Shown: positions 8,494-18,084, counted from the first letter of the stretch. The stretch is 64,000 nucleotides of DNA from Polyangiaceae bacterium (GCA_046351325.1 JAXLYR010000002.1:624334-688333); one strand, 5' to 3'. Numbers and translations: made by a program. The notes: generated by a model from the sequence alone, not told the origin.

Positions 8494-10143
8494 TCAGGAG
8501 ACGAAGTCCTTGCGCCAAGCTGCCGGATTTGCGACCGAGCTCGCGCGTCGCTCGGTGAAGACCGGGACAAGCGCTCTTGTCTTGGCGTTCGCGTCCTCAC
8601 CGAGCACCAACCCGCGCGCGTAAGCCTCTTTGGCGCGGGCTGGCCCGATGGAGTCGCCGACCTCGCTCAGGAACTTGCGCGCGAGCTCGGACTCGACCCC
8701 AATCGAGGCGATCGAGCCCACGGGCAACTCGACCTCTTCGCGCTCTTCACCGCCCGCGGCGAGCTTGATCTCGACCGCGCTCGGGAAGAGCAGCGGCGTC
8801 GCGTCCGCGTTCGGAGGGATGGACTCGGCCGAGCGCTTGCGGCCCCGCCGCGCGAGGGAAACGACAGCGTCCTTCGCCTCGTCGAGCGTCATCGGTTGAG
8901 AGGCATATTCGGCTCGATAGCGCGCGAGCAAATTGGGCAGATCGCGGAGGCGAAGTCGGGCGATCGCCGCGCGGCCCGCGTCGATCTTGCGAGCGCTCGC
9001 GACGAGCTTCGCCGTCTGGGTCGGATCGTGGCGGACCTTGATGCGCGCCTGCCAGGCTCGCAGGGTGGACTCGTGCGTGCGGAGCCAGCCTTCGTGCATC
9101 TCCTGGCTCGTGAGTCGGCGCGCGGTGAGGAGCACGGCGAGCGTGAGGCGAAGGTCGAAGTTCACCGCGACTGCGGTGACAGGCTCGCTCTCGTCCAAAT
9201 AGGCCGAGGCGAAGCGCGTGACCTCGAGCGCGAGCTTCGTCGTTCGAACCGTGATGGAAGAGACCTCGTCGAGCGACAGCGGCCCGCGACGCGCGACGAG
9301 CCGCTCGATTGCGGTGCACGCCGTCTGGAAATAGAAGCAGCCCGGATAGGTCTTCATCGCCAAGGTCGAGAGCACCCAGAATCGACCCAAATCACCGAGC
9401 ATCTCGGGCAACGGCACGAACGAGAAGCGCCGCCATAGACCGCGAGGGTCCTCGAGGATGGTGGGCTCGCCGGTCATCCCCGCGCGAGCGAAATAGGCAG
9501 CTTTCACGCCGATCGCCGCCGGCGTGCCGGCCGTCAGCAGCTTGGAGGTTGGCTTCATGAAGCCCGGTTGAAGGGGAAAGCCAGGCTGCGCGAGCGCGAT
9601 CGCGAGCGCGTGCTCGGTCCTCGTCGCGTCGAGCATCAGCAGCTTCGCCGTCGCCGCGGCCGCGCCGACGAGGTGGATGAAGCTCCACATCTGTCCGTTG
9701 AGTGGCCCCAAGAAACAGGACGCCCCCAAGCGCCCACCGATCTCGTTCGCGATCACCACCGCGAGCAGGAGCTCGCGCTCGGTCGCGTCCTCGTGCTCGG
9801 CCACCGCGAGCGGCGCGAACACAGCCGAATGGCAGGTGTGGCCCATCCAGACGATGTCGTCGAAGTCGTGGGCCATCGCGTACGCTGCGTTCGCGAGCGT
9901 GGCGTCGGCGGGACCGAGGGAAAAGCCTCGCGCGAGCACGGTCGAGCCCCCGGGTGGCGCGGACGCGAGCAGGCCCCCGTCGATGCACGCGACCTCGGGC
10001 GCTTGCGACGCCGCGTGCACGGCCGCCACCATATTGAGGACTTGAAAGCGGGCCGCGCGCAGCACCGACGGAGGCACGTCTTCGTAGCGGACCTTGGCGA
10101 CCCACTCAGCCAGAGGTCGCAAATACGGCGTTATAGTCATCAT
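8494..10143 (-). CDS. MmgE/PrpD family protein (2-methylcitrate dehydratase-like)
   Basis: Family-typical segments (YEDVPPSVLRAARFQVLNMVAA, FDDIVWMGHTCHSAVFAPLAVAE). It is longer than a typical PrpD because of a C-terminal extension. Confidence 0.75.
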   Translation of the reverse strand: MMTITPYLRPLAEWVAKVRYEDVPPSVLRAARFQVLNMVAAVHAASQAPEVACIDGGLLASAPPGGSTVLARGFSLGPADATLANAAYAMAHDFDDIVWMGHTCHSAVFAPLAVAEHEDATERELLLAVVIANEIGGRLGASCFLGPLNGQMWSFIHLVGAAAATAKLLMLDATRTEHALAIALAQPGFPLQPGFMKPTSKLLTAGTPAAIGVKAAYFARAGMTGEPTILEDPRGLWRRFSFVPLPEMLGDLGRFWVLSTLAMKTYPGCFYFQTACTAIERLVARRGPLSLDEVSSITVRTTKLALEVTRFASAYLDESEPVTAVAVNFDLRLTLAVLLTARRLTSQEMHEGWLRTHESTLRAWQARIKVRHDPTQTAKLVASARKIDAGRAAIARLRLRDLPNLLARYRAEYASQPMTLDEAKDAVVSLARRGRKRSAESIPPNADATPLLFPSAVEIKLAAGGEEREEVELPVGSIASIGVESELARKFLSEVGDSIGPARAKEAYARGLVLGEDANAKTRALVPVFTERRASSVANPAAWRKDFVS

Positions 10144-10171
10144 CGCCCCGCCAGATAGTCAGCGTTCTTGC

Positions 10172-10747
10172 TCAGGGTTTGCCGGCCGTCATCTCGACGA
10201 CACACGTCAGGTCGGAGACCCAGGTCGCGGCCTCGATGCCCTTGCCGATGCACGCCGCCGCCGCGGCGTCGGGCGCGCCGGCTACTTTGATGTCAGTGGC
10301 CTTCTTGTCTTTGATGGTGAAGGCCACGCGTACGGTGGTCGGAGCCGCCGAACACCCCTCGAACGTCGGCTTCTGTTTGGCGAGCGGCGCGAGCAACCCG
10401 ACGACCGCGAAGGGGTTCGCGTTGGGCGCTTTGCACACGACGTGCTTCATTTTGAAGCCGTTTGCTTCAACGTCGTTCATGTCGATGTTGGCGCCCTCGA
10501 GTTTGTCGGGCACGTCGCTCGGCGGGGCCGCAGGGCTCGGCGCGGACGCCGACGCCGGCGCGGAGGACCCAGAAGAGCCTGGCGCCGACGAGGTCGCGCC
10601 GCTCGCTCGGGCGCTCGCAGCGGAGCCCGTGCTCTTCGCCGTACCGCTCGCCGAGGACGCGGATGGCTTCTCGTCCCCACAGGCCAAAAGGAACGTGGCG
10701 AACATCGCGAGGGCGAGGTAGCGCCGTGGGCGGTAAGCGTGCTTCAT
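10172..10747 (-). CDS. hypothetical lipoprotein with a Ser/Ala-rich linker
   Basis: Start taken at the internal M (MKHAYRPRRYLALAMFATFLLACGDE), which gives a signal peptide plus lipobox. Low-complexity AS-rich linker followed by a structured C-terminal domain. Confidence 0.5.
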   Translation of the reverse strand: MKHAYRPRRYLALAMFATFLLACGDEKPSASSASGTAKSTGSAASARASGATSSAPGSSGSSAPASASAPSPAAPPSDVPDKLEGANIDMNDVEANGFKMKHVVCKAPNANPFAVVGLLAPLAKQKPTFEGCSAAPTTVRVAFTIKDKKATDIKVAGAPDAAAAACIGKGIEAATWVSDLTCVVEMTAGKP

Positions 10748-10828
10748 CGCGCGGAGGATACAGTCGATGGGCGCGACGTGCGCGGCCACTTTCCCCGAGT
10801 ACGATTGAGCCCTATCGGACGAGTGCAC

Positions 10829-11848
10829 ATGAGCCAGACTTCAGCGTTGCCCAGCCGTCTCGAGCGATGTGTCGCTGCCTTCTTGGGCCTTGCGATCGGA
10901 GACGCATATGGCCGCCCGCTCGAGTTCATGGGGGGAGACGAAGTCCGCCGCAGCGCCGTCGACGTGCGACGCGGGGACTCCAATTGGAGCCTCAAATCGT
11001 GGAGCGGCGCGCTCGCCCTGCCGCCATTCCGTTGGACGGACGACACTCATATGGCGCTCTATCTCGCCCGCGCCGTCCAGTCTTGCGCTCTGGCCTTCGA
11101 CGACGATGCTTTTGGCCGCGCGGTGGGTGAGGCCTTCATCGCGTGGGCCGAGGACCCGCTCATGCCGTTTACCGCTCCCGGCAACACCTGTCTCGCAGGC
11201 GTATCCGCCTATCGGCATGGGCGCGATTGGCGGACCTCGGGCGTCGCGACCTCGGATGGATGCGGCGCTGTCATGCGGATCGCGCCGCTCGCGATGGCCT
11301 ATTCCAATTCGGTGCTCACCCGCGCGGCCGACATCTCCTCGCGGGTCACGCACGCGCACCCGAACGCGCGTGAGGCCGCGATCGCCGCGAGCCACATCCT
11401 CGCGTGGGTCCTCGACGGTTCGTCACTCGACGCAACGCTCCTCCATCGCGCGGTCGCGCACCTCGACAGCGCGCACCCCGAGAGTTGGAGTCGTGGGGGT
11501 GACGTCGCGCGCTCGCTCGTGACCGCGCTGGACCTCGCGATCGACACAACGTCGCAATGGCTCGACGACGCGAGGGTCTGGCCCGGCGACGGTGGTTGGC
11601 GCTCGGGCAGCGCCCTCGGCCTCGCGCTCGCGGCAGCGCTCCGCTGGCAGAGCGACGCGCGGCTCGCCATCGACCGCGCGGCGCGGATCGACGGGGACAG
11701 CGACAGCGTCGCATGCCTTACAGGAATGTTCCTCGGGGCAACGGGCGGGCTCGCCGCGCTCCCACCCCATCTCGTCGCCGCGACGATGGCGCGCGAGGAG
11801 ATCGAAGAGGTCGCGCTCGCTTGTGGTCGGCTCCACGACGGCGCGTGA
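10829..11848 (+). CDS. ADP-ribosylglycohydrolase family protein (DraG/ARH-like)
   Basis: Motifs GLAIGDAYGRPLEF, WTDDTHMAL and RITHAHP are typical of the ADP-ribosylglycohydrolase fold. Start chosen at the internal ATG (MSQTSALPS); the track ORF 10094..11848 has an implausible Arg-rich N-terminus. Confidence 0.8.
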   Translation: MSQTSALPSRLERCVAAFLGLAIGDAYGRPLEFMGGDEVRRSAVDVRRGDSNWSLKSWSGALALPPFRWTDDTHMALYLARAVQSCALAFDDDAFGRAVGEAFIAWAEDPLMPFTAPGNTCLAGVSAYRHGRDWRTSGVATSDGCGAVMRIAPLAMAYSNSVLTRAADISSRVTHAHPNAREAAIAASHILAWVLDGSSLDATLLHRAVAHLDSAHPESWSRGGDVARSLVTALDLAIDTTSQWLDDARVWPGDGGWRSGSALGLALAAALRWQSDARLAIDRAARIDGDSDSVACLTGMFLGATGGLAALPPHLVAATMAREEIEEVALACGRLHDGA

Positions 11849-11861
11849 TAGACCTCCTCGG

Positions 11862-12317
11862 GTGCGGGTCATCTTCTTGGACTTCGACGGCGTGCTCAAC
11901 AGCGACGCCTTCTTCGAGCGTCTCGGGCCCGTGTCGGATTGGGACTCTCGGCTCGACCCGGACGCCGTCGCCCGGCTGAATCGGCTCGTCGCTGCGACCC
12001 AAGCCAAGATCGTCGTGTCGTCGACTTGGCGCTACGACAAGTCCGTCCCCGCGCTCGCGCGCATCCTCGCGGACTTCGGGTTTGTCGGTGAGGTCATCGG
12101 CGCGACGCCGGTGATCTCGGGCCCGCGCGGCCGTGAGATCCAAGCTTGGCTCGACGACGACCAGAGCTGGCGCTCTTATGTCATCCTCGACGATCGCGAC
12201 GACATGGGCTCCTTGAAGAAGCGGCTCGTCCAGACCCAAGAGGCTCACGGACTGCTCGACGAACACCTCGAGCAGGCGACGCGCTGGCTCGAGCGCCGCG
12301 TGTTCTTCCGCTGGTGA
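11862..12317 (+). CDS. HAD-superfamily phosphatase-like protein
   Basis: HAD motif I at the N-terminus (RVIFLDFDGVLNS), SSTWR for motif II, ILDDRDD for motif IV. The GTG start lies 14 nt after the ADP-ribosylglycohydrolase stop. The upstream part of the track ORF is in another frame's junk. Confidence 0.6.
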   Translation: MRVIFLDFDGVLNSDAFFERLGPVSDWDSRLDPDAVARLNRLVAATQAKIVVSSTWRYDKSVPALARILADFGFVGEVIGATPVISGPRGREIQAWLDDDQSWRSYVILDDRDDMGSLKKRLVQTQEAHGLLDEHLEQATRWLERRVFFRW

Positions 12318-12829
12318 GCGAGGCGTATGCTCCGCTCGTGTCCCCCGATCCCGCCCCCGACGCTGACCACGCTGTAAACGCTAGGGCCGTGTGTGCGCGC
12401 GCGCGCGTGGGCGCGCTCTCGACGCTGGCCCGCGAGCCCGCAGGGTTTCCCTACGGCTCTATCGTGGAGCTCGCCTTCGACGAGCGCGGGCGTCCCATCC
12501 TCCTCTTGTCGCGCCTCGCGGAGCACACCCAGAATTTGCTCGCGCGCCCCGAGGCTTCGATTGTCGTCTTCGACGCCAAGAGTGAGAGCGTCATGGCGAG
12601 CGCCCGCGTCACGCTGCTCGGGCCGTGCGCCCCCATCCTCGAGCCGAGCGAGGCTCGCGCCGCGCGTGAGCTCTACCTCGCGGCGCACGCGAACGCCCGT
12701 GTGTATGCCGACTTCGCGGACTTCGGATTTTATCGGCTCGAGCCTGTCGCTATCCGGTATATCGGCGGCTTCGGCAAGATGTCGTGGGTCTCGAGCGAGG
12801 CCTACTCCTCCAAGACCGGCATTTCTTGA
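12314..12829 (+). CDS. pyridoxamine 5'-phosphate oxidase-like FMN-binding split-barrel protein (PNPOx-like/HugZ-like)
   Basis: A GTG start overlaps the HAD gene's stop (GTGA). The pattern GFPYGSIVELAFDERGRPILLLSRLAEHTQNL...SARVTLLG is PNPOx-like. Confidence 0.5.
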   Translation: MSEAYAPLVSPDPAPDADHAVNARAVCARARVGALSTLAREPAGFPYGSIVELAFDERGRPILLLSRLAEHTQNLLARPEASIVVFDAKSESVMASARVTLLGPCAPILEPSEARAARELYLAAHANARVYADFADFGFYRLEPVAIRYIGGFGKMSWVSSEAYSSKTGIS

Positions 12830-12831
12830 AG

Positions 12832-13788
12832 CTACGCCAGCGGGCCCACCCTCAAGACGACGAGATCGTCGTGTGAGCTCGGATCGACAGTGACATCGCT
12901 GTCACTGATTCTCAGCGCGCCGGCATCGTCAGCGAACCATTTCGAGAGGCGCTTCACCGCGACGCCCCCGTACCCCGCGCGCACGTGGATGAAGCCGCCC
13001 GGGCGCGTGACGCGGACGAGCGCCTGCCAGACTGCGCGTTCGTCGTCCTCGTCGAGGTGGCAGAGGAGCCAGCCTGAAGTGACAACGTCGTAAGCCTTGC
13101 TGTCGAGCGCCGAGAGGGTGCGCGCGTCGTCGAGGTGGCGCCGGCCGCTTACGCGAGGGTAACTGTCCGCGACGGCGCCGGCGCACGCAGAGACCCGAGC
13201 GAGTATCCCGCGCTCGTCGTCGCTGAGGTGATAGCGCGGGTCGACTTCGGCGTTGGGCAGGGCGCACGTGGACCAACACGAGAGGCGCTCGAGCTCGCGC
13301 GCGTAGCGGCCGCGCGCGTGCGCCGCCGCCTGCGCGTAGGCCGGGTGCTCCTCACCGAAGACGCGATCGACAGTGTCGACGTGCGCGCCGAGCGCGCTGA
13401 GCTCCGTCGGGAAGATCGAGAGGCCTGTGGCGACGTCGAGCCAACGCGCGCCTCGGTCGAAGAGCGGCGCGCGCGCGAGGACGCCGAGCGACGCGATCGT
13501 GTCGAAGTCCCAACGCGGCAGCCCCCAAGATCGCGTGAGCGAGTCGCGGACGGGCTCGGCCGAGTGCTGCACCTCGAGGTGCCGATCCAAAAAGAGTCCG
13601 CGCATCGTGACCGTGACCCGCGCTCTCGCGACGGGCTCGGTCGCGTCGGAGTCCTGGGACGGCTCGGAGCTCCCGAGCGCCTCGAGGTCGAGCGGGCTCC
13701 TGCCGCGATACGCTGCTGCTGGGTCCGAGCGCTCCGCGCGCAGCGGGCAATCGGCGCTGTGCGTGCACTTCACCCCGGCGTCATCCAT
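12832..13788 (-). CDS. class I SAM-dependent methyltransferase
   Basis: Motif I-like segment (ARWLDVATGLSIFPTELSALGAHVDTVD) and a post-I acidic segment (VVTSGWLLCHLDEDDE). The true start may be the internal M (MRGLFLD, about 13605). It is convergent with the PNPOx-like gene. Confidence 0.6.
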   Translation of the reverse strand: MDDAGVKCTHSADCPLRAERSDPAAAYRGRSPLDLEALGSSEPSQDSDATEPVARARVTVTMRGLFLDRHLEVQHSAEPVRDSLTRSWGLPRWDFDTIASLGVLARAPLFDRGARWLDVATGLSIFPTELSALGAHVDTVDRVFGEEHPAYAQAAAHARGRYARELERLSCWSTCALPNAEVDPRYHLSDDERGILARVSACAGAVADSYPRVSGRRHLDDARTLSALDSKAYDVVTSGWLLCHLDEDDERAVWQALVRVTRPGGFIHVRAGYGGVAVKRLSKWFADDAGALRISDSDVTVDPSSHDDLVVLRVGPLA

Positions 13789-13828
13789 CTCGACAGACTA
13801 GCCGACAGACTAGTCGACAGAGGACCCG

Positions 13829-14743
13829 TCAATTGTCGCAGCCGATGCGATTGGCGTCGTACGCGAGCTCGTCGAGCCAAACCGTGAAGCCCGCGCCTGC
13901 ATCTTGGTAGTTGGCGAGGCCGACCCCCAGACTCTGGAATATCGGGATCTCGGCCGCGTGGTTCGCGCCGGGCACGATCGGGATCTCGGCGCCGTCGATC
14001 CAGAGCGTCCCGTCTTGGCTCGGCTGGTCGTACATCCACTCGATGCACTGCCAGGAGCCCTGCCAGTCATAGACGTAGTCCGTGCCCTCGGCGAACTCGG
14101 GCGCGCCGTTCGAGGGTTGAACGTTGTAGATCCATTGGAGCTTCATCGAGGTGTTCTCGACGACGCCCCAGCGGACATTGTGTGTGCTGCCGTTCGGCCC
14201 GGGCCCGAGCCCTTCGATGAAGTCCGCGTGCAAAACACCTGAGCTCGGCCACGGCGCGGGCACCTGGACCTTCATGAACACGCGGCCGTAATGATGTGAC
14301 GCGAGCGCGCCGAGGTCGCCCTTGAAGTCCATGAAGTGCTGGCCGTTGCTCTCGCCGTCGACCTTCAGGCTCTTCAGTCCGCGGCGAGCGTCGTCGCTCG
14401 CGACTCCGATGACCCCGCCGCCCCACTCGTCGCCGCGCGCGCCCCAGCCCACAGGGAACGCTCCGTCGGCCGCGTCCTCGAAGCCCTCGCAGATGGCGAA
14501 GTTGCCATTGCCACACTTCGAGGCGTTGCTGTCGCCGCCGCCGCCAGTCTGCGAGGTGCTCGTCGACGTCGACGTTTGCCCGCCAGTCCCGGGCGCGCCG
14601 CCGCTCTGTGCGCTACCGCCCGAGCCCCCCGCGGGGCCGCCCGCTGCGCCCGCGCCGCTGCCGCCCCCGCCCGTGGCGTCGTCGCCACATCCGAACCAGG
14701 TGAACAGCCCAGCGAGGAGCACCAGAGTCGCGCGCGCTTGCAT
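13829..14743 (-). CDS. secreted hypothetical protein (lipoprotein-like), possible concanavalin/glycosyl hydrolase-like beta-sandwich
   Basis: Signal peptide MQARATLVLLAGLFTWFGCGDD, Gly-rich linker, Trp/Tyr-rich C-terminal domain. The alternative start (MKSRG) would be 14764. Confidence 0.5.
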   Translation of the reverse strand: MQARATLVLLAGLFTWFGCGDDATGGGGSGAGAAGGPAGGSGGSAQSGGAPGTGGQTSTSTSTSQTGGGGDSNASKCGNGNFAICEGFEDAADGAFPVGWGARGDEWGGGVIGVASDDARRGLKSLKVDGESNGQHFMDFKGDLGALASHHYGRVFMKVQVPAPWPSSGVLHADFIEGLGPGPNGSTHNVRWGVVENTSMKLQWIYNVQPSNGAPEFAEGTDYVYDWQGSWQCIEWMYDQPSQDGTLWIDGAEIPIVPGANHAAEIPIFQSLGVGLANYQDAGAGFTVWLDELAYDANRIGCDN

Positions 14744-14760
14744 ATCGAGGCCCCTGCTCT

Positions 14761-16149
14761 TCATGCCTTGAGTTGATCGAACTCGCCGTCTTCGCCGAGG
14801 TTGGGATCCCCGAAGTGGGTCTCGGGTACGCCCATCGCGTTGCACAGCGTCGTAAGCAGCTTGTTGTGGGGGGCGTCAGCGTCGTTGCGCGTATCGGCTT
14901 GAGCGGTGACCTTCACGTACTCACCCTGTTTGAAGTAGCCATTGCAGCCGCCCGCGATGACGACCGGCAAATCACGGAAGTCGTGGTCTTTGCCGTGGGA
15001 GAGCTCGTTCATGAAGACGACGGCCGACTTGTCGAGGACGCTGACGCCGGCCTCTTCATAGGCGTCGAGCTTCGACAGGAGATAGGCATATTCGGTCGCG
15101 TACCAATGGTCGATGTCGAACAGCATGTCCTCGTAGCCGGGGACGTCGCCACCCGAGTTGTCGTCTTTGGTGTTTCCGTGAGAGAGCTTGTGGTGATTGT
15201 ATTGGTGGCTCATCCCGTCCCACGTGAAGATCGGGCCGCCCGCGCCGGAGCCCCACATCATGGTCGCGACCCGGGTCGCCCCGCACGCGATGGCCAGCGC
15301 CAGCACATCCATCTGGAGGCGTCCGACTGTGCGGTAGTCCGAGTCGTTCTGCACAGTGTCGGGGTTGATGCCGTCGAGCTCGGCCTCGGTCCCGGGCGGG
15401 AGCTTGCACTGGATGCTGCCGTTGATGCTCGTCTCGAGGTCACGCACGACGTCGAAGTGCTGTTGGAGCTTCGTCCTGTCGGCCGTGCTCAGCTTGCGCG
15501 AGAGCAGATATTGATATTCACCCTGCACGAGATCGAGCACGCTCTCGCGGCGCGCGGTGAGGCGCGCGAGCTCCTCGTCGCCGAGGTTCCCGAGGCCCAC
15601 CATATCGAGGTAAGCGAGGCGCGGGTTGCTCTCGGCGGTTACAGGTTGGTTACTGCCGGTATAGGAGATATGTCCGAGCACGCCGCTCGCGCGCCAGCCT
15701 GCCATGAGCGCCAGTGCGGGCTTGCCGTCCGCGTTGACGCTCTTCGCGATGTGCTGATCGACCGAGATGCCGTCCGCGTAGACCGAGCCCTCGATGAGCG
15801 GCCTCGCGGTGAGCTTGCAGCCCATGCCCTTCGCGTGGTCGTCGCCCGCCGAGGCATCCCACCCGAAGCCGCGCGGCGACATGTGCATACCGCGCGGGAT
15901 GAGCAGGCGATTCGCGTACGGCGCGAGCGGCGCGAGCGCGCACTCGCTCGTAAAGGAGCCCTCGCTGAGGGCGCCGTAACCGACGTTCGGCCACCAGCGG
16001 TCCATGTTCACGCCGTTGCAGCAGAAGAATACGATGAGGCGCGAGTCGCTCGCGCCCTCGGCGGACGCGACCTTCGGCTTGAGCGACTCGAGGAAGGGCA
16101 GACACAAGGTCGCGCCGAGCGCACCCCGCAAGAATAGGCGCCTCTTCAT
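14761..16149 (-). CDS. DUF1552 family protein (Planctomycete-type) with Tat-like signal
   Basis: Start at the internal M (MKRRLFLRGALGATLCLPFL, RR motif). I recognise the sequence as DUF1552. Its stop overlaps the upstream DUF1592 gene's stop region, and it forms an ATGA overlap at 16146-16149. Confidence 0.75.
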   Translation of the reverse strand: MKRRLFLRGALGATLCLPFLESLKPKVASAEGASDSRLIVFFCCNGVNMDRWWPNVGYGALSEGSFTSECALAPLAPYANRLLIPRGMHMSPRGFGWDASAGDDHAKGMGCKLTARPLIEGSVYADGISVDQHIAKSVNADGKPALALMAGWRASGVLGHISYTGSNQPVTAESNPRLAYLDMVGLGNLGDEELARLTARRESVLDLVQGEYQYLLSRKLSTADRTKLQQHFDVVRDLETSINGSIQCKLPPGTEAELDGINPDTVQNDSDYRTVGRLQMDVLALAIACGATRVATMMWGSGAGGPIFTWDGMSHQYNHHKLSHGNTKDDNSGGDVPGYEDMLFDIDHWYATEYAYLLSKLDAYEEAGVSVLDKSAVVFMNELSHGKDHDFRDLPVVIAGGCNGYFKQGEYVKVTAQADTRNDADAPHNKLLTTLCNAMGVPETHFGDPNLGEDGEFDQLKA

Positions 16150-17846
16150 GGCGTGATCTCCTCTGCGATCCGGAAGCGGAAGGTCTTGGTCTGGGTGAAC
16201 GCGACGAGCATCTCGCCGATGTTGTAACCGCCGGACGCGAGCTTCTCCTCGAGCACACCCATCGTGCACTCGTCAGCGTCGCTCTCCTGTCGCGCGAACG
16301 CGTAGCGATACCACTGTCGCATATAACAAGCGCCCCCCGACTCGCTCTCCGCGATCTGGTTCACGAGGTCGATGGGGCCGTCCACTGCGACGCTCTCGCC
16401 GTCGATCTTGAAGGTGCCAGTCGGGTCGACGGGCTCGCCGTTCTCGGTGGTTCGATAGGCGCCTACGCCGTCGAAGTTCTCGAGCGCATAACCGGGCGCG
16501 TTGATGATCGAGTGACAGCCGGTGCAGCCCGCGGGCGAGGTGTGCGCCTCGACTGCTTGTTTCGTCGTCTTGATGTTCTCGTCGAAGGGCGGGAGCGTCG
16601 TATCGACGTTACCGGGCGGGTCCCCGATCGTGGTGCAGAGGACGCGGCGCTGGACGAACACGCCGCGGTGAATGGGCGACGAGCCGACGGTATAAGCGTG
16701 AGACGCCAAGAAGCCGACCTGCGTGAGGAGCCCTGCGCGCTGGGTCGGGTCGAGCTCGACCTCTACGAAGTCGGGGCCGAACGTCCCTGACAGCCCGTAA
16801 TAGGGAGCGAGCTTGTCGTTCACGAACGTCGTCCGCGAGAGCATCAGCTCGCGGAAGCCGCCCTCGAGTTCGAACGCGACGTGCCGGATGAAGCGCTGCG
16901 TCTCCTCCTTCATCGCCGCGTCCGTGGAGGCGTCGAAGCCGGGATAAACCGACGCGTCCTTTTGAACGTTGTCATAGCGAGCGAGCTGCAGCCACTGGGC
17001 GTGGAAGTCGTCGATTGGACCCTTCGCGCGGGGGTCCGCGAGCAGCCTACGCGCGGCGCTCTCGACGCCCTCGGGCGTGTCGAGCGCGCCCGAGGCCGCC
17101 GCGTCGAGGAGCGCGTCGTCCGGCGTGCTGTTCCAGAGCAGATAAGAGAGCCGCGTCGCGATCTCGAAGCCGGTGAGGGGAATGAGCTTGTCGCTGTCGA
17201 GCTCCTCGGAGAGCTCCACGCGATAGAGGAAGTTCGGCGACTGGAGGAAGGCCTCGATGACGTGGCGAATGCCCTGTTCGAACGGGGTCCCCGAGGCGAA
17301 CTTGCCGTCGCCGCGGCCGTAGAGCGCGAGGTAAGCGGCGGACTCGTCGGTCGTCAGCGGCCGGCGATAGACGCGCCGCCCGAAGTCACGAATGAAGTCT
17401 GTCGCGCAGGCCTCGTCGCCGAGCGACACGTCGCAGGGCACGACGGGGGCGAGGAGCGTCGGGTCCGCGAGCAAGTCGGCGAGCGCCTCGGCGGCGCGTT
17501 GATAGTCGTGCGCGAGGCGCTCGGAGACGACGAGCCCGTCGGCGCTGTTGTCGAAGCCGGCGAACACCGGATCATCGATGAAGTCTTTGCTCGGCGTGAG
17601 GCCCTCGATCTCGAGCAGATCGCTCACCGAGGCGTCGTATTGGCTGTGCGTCAGCCTGACGAGGCGCGGGCGAGGCCCAGGGAGATCGCCTGTCTCGCAG
17701 AGGCCCTCGGTGTCGGGACCGGGGGGTTTGATCGTGTCGGGCTCGTCATCACAGGCGCCGAGCCCGAGGCCGAGACCTCCTATCAGGGTCCATCGGACAA
17801 CGCTGCTCAGGACTGGAATTCTCCAGTATCGGTGGGCTCTGCCCAT
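16146..17846 (-). CDS. DUF1592/DUF1588 family protein with a CxxCH heme-binding motif
   Basis: Start at the internal M (MGRAHRY...) with a strong RBS (GGAGGTGAcc). Signal peptide, a CTGCH motif, and a Planctomycete cytochrome-like context. It is the partner of DUF1552. Confidence 0.75.
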   Translation of the reverse strand: MGRAHRYWRIPVLSSVVRWTLIGGLGLGLGACDDEPDTIKPPGPDTEGLCETGDLPGPRPRLVRLTHSQYDASVSDLLEIEGLTPSKDFIDDPVFAGFDNSADGLVVSERLAHDYQRAAEALADLLADPTLLAPVVPCDVSLGDEACATDFIRDFGRRVYRRPLTTDESAAYLALYGRGDGKFASGTPFEQGIRHVIEAFLQSPNFLYRVELSEELDSDKLIPLTGFEIATRLSYLLWNSTPDDALLDAAASGALDTPEGVESAARRLLADPRAKGPIDDFHAQWLQLARYDNVQKDASVYPGFDASTDAAMKEETQRFIRHVAFELEGGFRELMLSRTTFVNDKLAPYYGLSGTFGPDFVEVELDPTQRAGLLTQVGFLASHAYTVGSSPIHRGVFVQRRVLCTTIGDPPGNVDTTLPPFDENIKTTKQAVEAHTSPAGCTGCHSIINAPGYALENFDGVGAYRTTENGEPVDPTGTFKIDGESVAVDGPIDLVNQIAESESGGACYMRQWYRYAFARQESDADECTMGVLEEKLASGGYNIGEMLVAFTQTKTFRFRIAEEITP

Positions 17847-18035
17847 GGTCACCTCCAAAGGTGACGGTGCGCAAAGCAAGGTGCATACCCTGATAGCGAG
17901 CGGCCCGTTCGGCGGCAGAATTGCTTTGGGCTGTTCGAGCTGCGACTGGCGTGGCGCACCCCACAAGTGGAAATGGCGATGAGTGCGACAGGCTGGACGC
18001 AGTTCGAGAGCGTGAAAAATTACAGAATTGTTCGC

Positions 18036-18066
18036 GGAGGAGGGGCGCCCCCCCCGGGGGGAGGGG
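18036..18066. repeat. G/C homopolymer-rich palindromic tract (ggggcgcccccccc gggggg agggggg)
   Basis: Seen directly in the sequence. Intergenic, lying between the tetR 3' end and the promoter region of the DUF1592 gene. Confidence 0.5.
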
Positions 18067-18084
18067 GGCGAGCGCGGGCGACTC

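Noticed and set aside
10094-10828. Upstream 245 codons of the track ORF containing the ADP-ribosylglycohydrolase
   Set aside because: Extremely Arg/Gly-rich. It overlaps the antisense lipoprotein gene, which has a proper signal peptide, and the ARH domain begins right at the internal ATG.
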